Shown piece after piece: positions 1 to 6,995 of a stretch of DNA of 44,241 bases. The notes beneath the pieces were generated by a model. The model was not told where the DNA came from. It made no database searches and saw only the letters and a program-made list of their open reading frames with translations. Every line of letters starts with the position of its first letter. The first letter of the stretch is position 1. Origin of the DNA: Escherichia phage vB_EcoP_KAW1A4500; sequence record MK373773.1; one strand, written 5' to 3'. The translations under genes and the position numbers were made by a program.

Positions 1-267
1 TCTCGCCCTCGCCCTCGCCGGATTTCCCCCATATGGGGCCGCGCTGCGGTTGGCTTGGGAGTTGGGCTGGGCTGGTCCGTCTTCGACGGGTGGCCTAGGG
101 CTTGCCGAGGTCTGCTCTTAGTGGCTGCACAAGGAGAACGCCTAGGAAGCGCTAGGGCACGCCTTAGTATTGGACAAGGTGATTGCCTTAGTGCAACCGC
201 TTAGGGCTTACACAGGCCGTTTTAGGGCCATTCCTGAGCTTTTGACAGGGTGGGCGTGGGTGGGCTA
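1..267. repeat. Left direct terminal repeat (DTR), 267 bp, GC-rich
   Basis: Bases 1..267 are identical to 43975..44241; both copies end at the same base and the right copy runs to the window end. Typical T7-group terminal redundancy. Confidence 0.9.
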
Positions 268-665
268 TCTGTTCGTTTCGCTCCACTGCGTTACGCTACA
301 CTCACCGCGCTTGTGTACCTTAGGTTATTCCTTGATGGATAGCTTAGGTTAGCCTTAGTGGACTACCTTAGTTAAAGCCTTAGTGCTTAGCTTAGTATCA
401 GCTTAGTAGTGTACCTTAGTCAGACTTAGTGTCTTCTCTTAGTGATTGCACATGCAAGCATGTAAGATGCCATTAGGTCGCGGTCGGTAGACCGCTAAAG
501 AAAGAGAATAGTAATAAGATGCAGTAGGAGGAACACCAGAAACCTAGCCTATCCTAGCTCTGTATCTATTGCTTTCCTTAGTCTCACATGTTAGACAACC
601 TATGTTTATCTTAGTAGTTGTGACATGTATCACATAAATAATCTATCTTAGTGAAACTTAGTGTT
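163..665. repeat. Array of about 18 short CTTAGT/CTTAGG repeats at the left end
   Basis: Irregularly spaced copies of (C)CTTAG(T/G) from inside the DTR to the first early promoter; positional analogue of the T7 left-end short-repeat array (analogy is inference). Confidence 0.55.
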
Positions 666-692
666 GACATAGGCAATCAACTGGTATACATT
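664..692 (+). promoter_or_regulatory. Host sigma70-type early promoter candidate (TTGACA-N17-TACATT)
   Basis: -35 TTGACA at 664..669, 17-bp spacer, -10 TACATT at 687..692; same arrangement recurs at 1631..1659. Confidence 0.5.
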
Positions 693-842
693 AGCAATCA
701 CTGAGACGGACCTAGCAAGCTGTCTCAGGTTATAAGCAGGAGAATTGATGCGTAAGCCATAGCTAGTGGATGTAGTCGCATGAAGGCTTGAGTAAGGGGC
801 CGCTTAATACCTTCTTCCTCTGGAGACAACGCTTATAACACT

Positions 843-855
843 GCTCTTTAACAAT
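843..855 (+). promoter_or_regulatory. Conserved 13-mer box GCTCTTTAACAAT (copy 1 of 3)
   Basis: Exact 13-mer repeated at 843, 1693 and 2005, each 55-110 bp upstream of an early gene start; function unknown. Confidence 0.4.
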
Positions 856-912
856 CTGCTTAGTGTAACCTATGTATGCCGTGGTTAATTACTTATTGAA
901 TAGGAATTACCT

Positions 913-1008
913 ATGAATTATGAAGAAATGTATGAAGTCTATTTCGACTCATTAGATGAAGGAGAAGAAGCATTATCCTTCGCTGAGTTTGTGGAGGCCT
1001 TATCGTGA
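913..1008 (+). CDS. Small acidic early protein (31 aa), hypothetical
   Basis: ATG at 913 after AGGA; below the ORF-track size cutoff; stop overlaps the GTG start of the next ORF. Confidence 0.3.
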   Translation: MNYEEMYEVYFDSLDEGEEALSFAEFVEALS

Positions 1009-1232
1009 AAGTACAGGTAAGGGCTTACAACATGCCAGTTGATGAGATTCAGCACTTTCTAGATAAAGGCTATGATTTATGTAAGATGCGCACACCAGAT
1101 AACTATGACTACTCACCTAAATATCTGCATTATATTGATCTTAAGATGGGTAAGAAGTTAGTTATTACAGGTACTGCATATAACCGCATTATCAAAGTTC
1201 TCAAAGAGGGTGCTAATCATGACATTAAATAA
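1005..1232 (+). CDS. Early protein, hypothetical (75 aa from GTG; alternative ATG at 1032)
   Basis: ORF track; GGAGG lies 7 nt upstream of GTG 1005; position in early operon. Confidence 0.5.
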   Translation: MKVQVRAYNMPVDEIQHFLDKGYDLCKMRTPDNYDYSPKYLHYIDLKMGKKLVITGTAYNRIIKVLKEGANHDIK

Positions 1233-1398
1233 CCGTGAACTGCACGTTCTCTTCACCCTGTTATGTTACATGATTCGTAACAACGAATTACTTACAGATG
1301 ATGAGTTAGCCTTGTATCACCGCTTTCTTAACGAAGGTTGGACCGATATAGTTAATCAATACCGTAACATGATAGATGAGTTGAGGGAGGGTAAATAA
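1219..1398 (+). CDS. Early protein, hypothetical (59 aa)
   Basis: ORF track 1210..1398; ATG at 1219 preceded by GAGGG; overlaps neighbours as in compact phage operons. Confidence 0.5.
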   Translation: MTLNNRELHVLFTLLCYMIRNNELLTDDELALYHRFLNEGWTDIVNQYRNMIDELREGK

Positions 1399-1622
1399 TG
1401 TATCAACATGAGGTATTCTTTGAATCAGCTAGCGAAGCTATTCGCTTCCGTGATGATATGATGCAAGCTGGTGTAGGCGTTGATGTGTATCACTATTTGA
1501 TAGACTACGACACTGAATATCACCGAGTTACCTTAGTATCTGAGTATGACAACCAAGTCATTACTGAGTATCTAGGTAGTGAAGATTATGATTACGATGA
1601 AGTAATCACGACAAATCTCTAA
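1398..1622 (+). CDS. Acidic early protein, hypothetical (74 aa)
   Basis: ORF track; ATG overlaps preceding stop (TAATG) with GGGAGGG upstream. Confidence 0.55.
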   Translation: MYQHEVFFESASEAIRFRDDMMQAGVGVDVYHYLIDYDTEYHRVTLVSEYDNQVITEYLGSEDYDYDEVITTNL

Positions 1623-1630
1623 ATTAACTA

Positions 1631-1659
1631 TTGACAACCACGGCATACAAGGTTACATT
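1631..1659 (+). promoter_or_regulatory. Host sigma70-type early promoter candidate (TTGACA-N17-TACATT)
   Basis: -35 TTGACA 1631..1636, 17-bp spacer, -10 TACATT 1654..1659; identical hexamers and spacing to the 664 promoter. Confidence 0.5.
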
Positions 1660-1692
1660 AAGCATCAAGACGGCGACGTCTTTAAACATCCC

Positions 1693-1705
1693 GCTCTTTA
1701 ACAAT
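1693..1705 (+). promoter_or_regulatory. Conserved 13-mer box GCTCTTTAACAAT (copy 2 of 3)
   Basis: Exact repeat of the 843 box, about 30 nt downstream of the predicted start of the 1631 promoter transcript. Confidence 0.4.
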
Positions 1706-1748
1706 AGGGCTAGTGCCTTGGTAGGCTAACTACTTACTAAGGTGAACT

Positions 1749-1961
1749 ATGAACTACTGCGACATCGCTCACGAATTACGCATGGAACGTGAGAAACAAG
1801 AGAAGCGGATTATCAAGAAGATGGCTGTACTGCTTGCACACTATAAGGCAGACAAACAGCCAACACATGATGAGTTCGTGGACTTCTGTAACATGTATCT
1901 TAATGTGAGTAAGGCCACTGGTTACAGATGGCTTAAAGCACTGAATGATGGAGAATTGTAG
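1749..1961 (+). CDS. Small early protein with helix-turn-helix-like C-terminus (70 aa)
   Basis: ORF track; C-terminal NVSKATGYRWLKALNDGEL resembles a DNA-binding helix-turn-helix (inference from motif only). Confidence 0.55.
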   Translation: MNYCDIAHELRMEREKQEKRIIKKMAVLLAHYKADKQPTHDEFVDFCNMYLNVSKATGYRWLKALNDGEL

Positions 1962-2004
1962 CAATAAGCCAGCTTAATAGCCAGCCTATCAAGGCACAAG
2001 CCAC

Positions 2005-2017
2005 GCTCTTTAACAAT
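2005..2017 (+). promoter_or_regulatory. Conserved 13-mer box GCTCTTTAACAAT (copy 3 of 3)
   Basis: Exact repeat, about 110 bp upstream of the Ocr start. Confidence 0.4.
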
Positions 2018-2113
2018 ATGGGTAGTCGCTTCTTAGTCTGGATAGGTTAAACCTAGGAGATTCTCTTGAGTCTCCTATAATGTAACCTAACTAACTAAAT
2101 GAGGATTAATAAC

Positions 2114-2470
2114 ATGGCTATGTCTAATAAGACTTACTCTCAGGTTTACAACACCGCTCATGCTGCATTAGTTGAACGTATCTGGGATGATGCTATTGAT
2201 TGTATCGATAACGCACATGATGCAATCCATGAGGTGGCGGATAGTGCTGTACCAATCTATTATGCTGACATCTTCTCGGTGATGGCCAGTGAAGGCATCG
2301 ACCACTTCTTCGAGGATTCTGGCTTAATGCCAGACACTAAGGATGTGACGGTCGTACTACAAGCCCGTATTTATGAACAACTCACCATTGATTTATGGGA
2401 ACGTGTTCAAGATATGATTGATGCGTACATCGATTCCGCTGAGGATTCAGAAGAAGAGGAGGAAGAATAA
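2114..2470 (+). CDS. ocr: Ocr-like DNA-mimic anti-restriction protein (T7 gene 0.3 family)
   Basis: Translation MAMSNKTY...[34 protein letters not shown]...[14 protein letters not shown]... with poly-Glu tail closely matches T7 Ocr as recalled; GAGGA RBS; first sizeable early gene. Confidence 0.88.
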   Translation: MAMSNKTYSQVYNTAHAALVERIWDDAIDCIDNAHDAIHEVADSAVPIYYADIFSVMASEGIDHFFEDSGLMPDTKDVTVVLQARIYEQLTIDLWERVQDMIDAYIDSAEDSEEEEEE

Positions 2471-2662
2471 AGATAGAAAGGCAATATAACTTCATCTTCT
2501 CAGACGGTGTAACCCTGAAATGTTCCTTACGATTTGCGCAGATTCGTGAGGAAGTACTAGGAACTACATACAAGCTATTTAGCTGACACTATAAGAGAAG
2601 GCTTAACAAGGCGTTGCTACGGTAGCGCCTGATTAAACTTTCACTTACTAGGAGTTAAGATT

Positions 2663-2890
2663 ATGGATTTAGATAGCATCATTATGGCATTTGCTCTTAT
2701 TGGCTTAAGCTGGTGCTCCTATCACCTTTACCGTGAGCTCTTATTTGATAAAGCTAAACGCAAACTAAGAAAGGAAGGCGGTAATTACCTTTGTATAAGA
2801 GGTGGCTTAGTCGAATACATTGCACCTAACGGCATGGAGTGCGCCATTAACAAAGATGCATTTATAGAGACGTGGCATTACATCAAGTAG
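2663..2890 (+). CDS. Small early membrane protein, hypothetical (75 aa)
   Basis: ORF track; N-terminal hydrophobic segment AFALIGLSWCSY; AGGAG RBS. Confidence 0.55.
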   Translation: MDLDSIIMAFALIGLSWCSYHLYRELLFDKAKRKLRKEGGNYLCIRGGLVEYIAPNGMECAINKDAFIETWHYIK

Positions 2891-2954
2891 CTAGCCTATA
2901 GCCTACCTGTGTGGGCTATGTGATATTTACTTACCACTATATAAGGTGACTATT

Positions 2955-3839
2955 ATGACTACTGAAAACACCCTCCTGTCTGTCCGCGAAGCTGCAACCG
3001 CTGAGATTAAGCAGCATTTGGATAATATCGGCACTTCTTACATCAAAGTAGGTGCTTGTCTGAATGAGTTACGCGGAGACTTCGAAGGTCAAAAAGAGTT
3101 CTTAGCCTATGTTGAAGCAGAGTTCGGCATCAAGAAAGCACAATGCTACAAGCTGATGAGTGTAGCCCGTGTCTTTGAAGGTGACGAACGATTCAAAGGC
3201 GTGGCTATGCGTGTAATGCTGGCGCTTGTTCCTTTCGCTGATGAGAGTATCATCATGGAGAAGGCCGCAGAACTTGCCGCAGAGGGCAAGCTGGACACTA
3301 ACGCCGTAAACGCCCTAATTGAGTCTAAGAAAGAGCCAAAGGCCGAGACGGTACAATCTAAGGCTGAGCCAGTAAAACCGCAGGAGAACGCGGCTGAGGC
3401 CGCAGAATCACAGGAAACGCAAGCGCCGCAGGTAGTGCCGCCAATGAGTGAGCCGGACACCGACGAATCCGCACAGTGGGAGGGCGAAAGCAAGCCGGAA
3501 GCACCTAAGGCTGCGCCTCTGGACAACACTGCTAACACAGAGAACGCCGCCATGGCTGGCCTGTTGGCACAAATTAAGGCACTGACTGAGCAATTACAGG
3601 CGGCTAACGACCGCATCGCAGCTCTAACCAGTGCACGTGAAAGCAAGAAGGCAGCCGCGCCTATGCTCCCACAATTCAAATCCAAATGTTTCTATGCTCG
3701 CTTGGGTTTGAGTGCTGAGGAGGCAGAGAAGAAAACAGCAGTGAACAAGGCACGCCGCGAACTGGTTAAACTGGGATACGGTGAAGGCCATGAGGCATGG
3801 CCCTTAATCTCTGAGGCAGTAGAAGAATTAACTAAGTAA
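2955..3839 (+). CDS. Early protein of unknown function (294 aa): HTH-like N-domain, Pro/Glu/Ala-rich linker, coiled-coil C-domain
   Basis: ORF track 2946..3839 with ATG at 2955; sits where T7 has gene 0.7 but shows no kinase-like sequence. Confidence 0.65.
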   Translation: MTTENTLLSVREAATAEIKQHLDNIGTSYIKVGACLNELRGDFEGQKEFLAYVEAEFGIKKAQCYKLMSVARVFEGDERFKGVAMRVMLALVPFADESIIMEKAAELAAEGKLDTNAVNALIESKKEPKAETVQSKAEPVKPQENAAEAAESQETQAPQVVPPMSEPDTDESAQWEGESKPEAPKAAPLDNTANTENAAMAGLLAQIKALTEQLQAANDRIAALTSARESKKAAAPMLPQFKSKCFYARLGLSAEEAEKKTAVNKARRELVKLGYGEGHEAWPLISEAVEELTK

Positions 3840-3902
3840 CCTTATCGGTGGCATCTTCTTAGGTGTCACCTATTAAGGTTTCTTTCACTAGGAGTAAACA
3901 AG

Positions 3903-6528
3903 ATGCAAGACCTACACGCTATTCAACTTCAACTTGAAGAAGAAATGTTTAACGGCGGTATCCGTCGCTTTGAAGCGGACCAACAACGCCAGATTGCATC
4001 CGGTAATGAATCAGACACGGCATGGAATCGCCGTTTATTGTCCGAGTTAATCGCGCCAATGGCTGAAGGTATTCAGGCATACAAGGAAGAGTATGAAGGT
4101 AAAAGAGGCCGTGCACCGCGTGCATTAGCTTTCATTAACTGCGTAGAAAACGAAGTGGCAGCATATATCACGATGAAAATCGTTATGGATATGCTGAATA
4201 CAGACGTTACCTTACAAGCAATCGCTATGAATGTAGCGGACCGCATCGAAGACCAAGTACGTTTTAGCAAGCTGGAAGGTCACGCAGCTAAGTACTTTGA
4301 GAAAGTGAAGAAGTCGCTTAAGGCTAGCAAGACTAAATCTTATCGTCATGCGCACAACGTAGCGGTAGTAGCTGAGAAATCTGTTGCTGACCGTGACGCG
4401 GATTTCTCCCGTTGGGAGGCATGGCCTAAAGATACCTTGCTACAAATCGGTATGACCTTGCTAGAAATACTGGAAAATAGTGTATTCTTCAATGGTCAGC
4501 CTGTCTTTCTTCGCACCTTGCGCACTAATGGTGGCAAGCATGGCGTTTACTACTTACAGACCAGTGAACACGTAGGGGAATGGATTACAGCATTTAAAGA
4601 ACATGTAGCGCAACTTAGCCCGGCTTATGCACCTTGCGTTATACCTCCGCGTCCGTGGGTTTCTCCTTTTAATGGCGGTTTTCACACTGAGAAGGTAGCA
4701 AGTCGTGTGCGTCTTGTTAAAGGCAGCCGTGAACGTCCGCAAGCTGACCAAAAAGCAAATGCCAGCGGTTTACAAGGCTGTTAACGCTTTGCAGGCGACT
4801 AAATGGCAGGTTAACAAGGAAGTTTTACAGGTTGTTGAGGACGTAATACGGCTTGATTTAGGCTATGGCGTACCTTCCTTCAAACCACTCATCGACCGCG
4901 AGAACAAGCCAGCTAATCCGGTGCCGTTAGAGTTCCAGCACCTGCGAGGCCGTGAACTGAAAGAAATGTTAACACCGGAACAATGGCAAGCCTTCATCAA
5001 CTGGAAAGGTGAATGCACCAAGCTGTATACCGCTGAGACTAAGCGCGGCAGCAAATCGGCGGCGACCGTCCGCATGGTAGGGCAGGCCCGTAAATACAGC
5101 CAATTTGACGCAATATACTTCGTGTATGCTCTGGACAGCCGCAGCCGCGTCTACGCGCAATCTAGCACGCTCTCTCCGCAATCAAACGACTTAGGCAAGG
5201 CATTGCTCCGTTTTACCGAAGGGCAGCGTCTTGATAGCGCTGAGGCGCTTAAGTGGTTTTTGGTGAACGGGGCTAATAACTGGGGTTGGGATAAGAAAAC
5301 TTTTGACGTGCGCACCGCTAACGTGCTGGATAGTGAATTTCAAGACATGTGCCGCGACATTGCAGCGGATCCGCTGACCTTCACTCAATGGGTAAATGCC
5401 GACTCCCCTTACGGCTTCCTTGCATGGTGCTTTGAATATGCGCGTTATCTGGATGCACTGGATGAAGGCACGCAAGACCAATTCATGACGCACCTCCCAG
5501 TCCATCAAGATGGTAGTTGTTCTGGTATCCAGCACTACAGTGCTATGCTACGCGATGCAGTAGGTGCGAAAGCGGTAAACCTTAAGCCCTCTGACTCACC
5601 TCAAGATATTTATGGTGCCGTTGCGCAGGTAGTAATTCAGAAGAATTATGCATACATGAATGCAGAGGATGCGGAAACCTTCACTTCTGGCAGCGTGACT
5701 TTAACAGGTGCAGAACTTCGTAGCATGGCTAGTGCGTGGGATATGATAGGAATCACTCGCGGCCTGACCAAAAAGCCTGTAATGACACTACCTTATGGCA
5801 GCACACGTCTAACCTGCCGTGAATCAGTGATTGATTATATCGTTGATTTGGAAGAAAAAGAGGCCCAACGGGCTATTGCGGAAGGGCGTACCGCCAATCC
5901 TGTACATCCTTTTGATAATGACCGCAAAGACAGCCTGACACCTAGCGCAGCTTATAACTATATGACAGCTTTAATCTGGCCTTCTATTTCGGAAGTGGTT
6001 AAAGCTCCTATAGTGGCAATGAAAATGATTCGTCAGCTTGCACGTTTCGCAGCTAAAAGAAACGAAGGCTTAGAATATCCCTTACCAACTGGCTTCATCT
6101 TGCAACAAAAGATAATGGCTACCGATATGCTCCGCGTATCCACTTGCTTGATGGGTGAAATCAAGATGAGTCTCCAGATTGAAACAGATGTAGTTGATGA
6201 AACGGCAATGATGGGTGCGGCTGCTCCTAACTTCGTCCATGGTCACGATGCTAGCCACCTGATTCTGACTGTATGTGACCTAGTGGATAAAGGTATTACA
6301 TCCATTGCAGTCATCCATGATTCTTTCGGTACTCATGCAGGACGTACCGCAGACCTGCGGGATAGCTTAAGGGAAGAAATGGTTAAGATGTATCAAAACC
6401 ATAATGCCCTGCAAAATCTGCTAGATGTGCACGAAGAGCGTTGGTTAGTAGACACCGGAATCCAAGTACCAGAGCAAGGAGAGTTTGACCTTAACGAAAT
6501 CTTAGTTTCAGACTATTGTTTCGCATAA
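3903..6528 (+). CDS. Phage single-subunit DNA-directed RNA polymerase (SP6-type), interrupted by an apparent frameshift near 4734
   Basis: Two overlapping ORFs (3903..4784 and 4705..6528) together give an RNAP of about 874 aa; N-terminus [19 protein letters not shown] and palm motifs ([21 protein letters not shown]) match SP6-type RNAP as recalled. Confidence 0.9.
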
Positions 6529-6535
6529 TATTAAT

Positions 6536-6564
6536 AGGCCATTCCTTAGGGAGTGGCCTTTTTC
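6536..6564 (+). terminator. Intrinsic terminator after RNA polymerase gene (early terminator)
   Basis: AGGCCA/TGGCCT 6-bp stem with internal pairing followed by TTTTT, 8 bp after the RNAP stop. Confidence 0.6.
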
Positions 6565-6602
6565 TTTACCTACTACCTGTAACATTTCATTAACATAAAA
6601 GT

Positions 6603-6618
6603 GTCTCACATGTGAGAC
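6603..6618. promoter_or_regulatory. Perfect 16-bp palindrome GTCTCACATGTGAGAC (family copy 1)
   Basis: Perfect dyad; 2 bp upstream of promoter P1. Family copies at 6794, 9103, 10261, 15203, 31645. Confidence 0.7.
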
Positions 6619-6620
6619 TT

Positions 6621-6643
6621 ATTTACCGGACACTATAGGATAG
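6621..6643 (+). promoter_or_regulatory. Phage RNAP promoter P1 (ATTTACCGGACACTATAGGATAG), variant
   Basis: Matches the genome-wide SP6-type consensus at the GGACACTATAG core; positional analogue of T7 phi1.1A. Confidence 0.65.
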
Positions 6644-6659
6644 CCGTCGGAGACGGGAA

Positions 6660-6790
6660 AGAAAGGGAAGATAAAGGATATAAAGGAAGTAATAGGTATT
6701 AAAGGTTATATAGGTTATCTAGGAACACCTAGGAATACCTATTACCTTCTTCCTTCCTCTTATTACCACTTAGAGGAAGGGCAGACCTAG
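6660..6790. other. AT/purine-rich TAGG-repeat element with dyad symmetry; candidate primary replication origin
   Basis: Repeats of TAAAGG/TATAGG/CCTAGG between two tandem phage promoters, downstream of the RNAP gene and upstream of gp1.1-like and primase genes, as at the T7 primary origin (analogy is inference). Confidence 0.4.
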
Positions 6791-6793
6791 GTT

Positions 6794-6809
6794 GTCTCAC
6801 ATGTGAGAC
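6794..6809. promoter_or_regulatory. Perfect 16-bp palindrome GTCTCACATGTGAGAC (family copy 2)
   Basis: Identical to copy 1; 5 bp upstream of promoter-like P2. Confidence 0.7.
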
Positions 6810-6814
6810 TTCGT

Positions 6815-6837
6815 ATTTACCGGACAGTATAGATAAG
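6815..6837 (+). promoter_or_regulatory. Phage RNAP promoter-like P2 (ATTTACCGGACAGTATAGATAAG), degenerate
   Basis: 19/23 match to consensus, with a C-to-G change in the core; positional analogue of T7 phi1.1B. Confidence 0.45.
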
Positions 6838-6863
6838 ACTAACTCACTTTGGAGATTTTAACC

Positions 6864-6992
6864 ATGCGTAACTTTGAGAAGATGTCCCGTAAAGCTAACC
6901 GTTTTGACATGGAAGAAGGGCAGACGAAAGGCAAGAAGCTGAATAAACCTGTCCGTGACCGTGCATCTAAACGCGCTGCGTGGGAGTTCTAA
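6864..6992 (+). CDS. Gene 1.1-like small basic protein (42 aa)
   Basis: Translation MRNFEKMSRKANRFDMEEGQTKGKKLNKPVRDRASKRAAWEF closely resembles T7 gp1.1 as recalled; GGAG RBS; below ORF-track cutoff. Confidence 0.7.
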   Translation: MRNFEKMSRKANRFDMEEGQTKGKKLNKPVRDRASKRAAWEF

Positions 6993-6995
6993 GTT

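Noticed and set aside
170-352. ORF of 60 aa overlapping the left terminal repeat (and 43963..44178 in the right repeat)
   Set aside because: Located in the GC-rich terminal repeat with no RBS; both are the same repeat sequence read in frame.
2078-2083. TATAAT hexamer upstream of the Ocr gene as a host promoter
   Set aside because: No acceptable -35 element at 16-18 bp spacing; the hexamer sits next to a hairpin and is more likely leader sequence.
3146-3685. Minus-strand ORF of 179 aa inside the early 294-aa gene
   Set aside because: Lies antisense within a GC/Ala-rich low-complexity stretch of a well-supported + strand gene; no RBS; T7-group phages transcribe one strand only.
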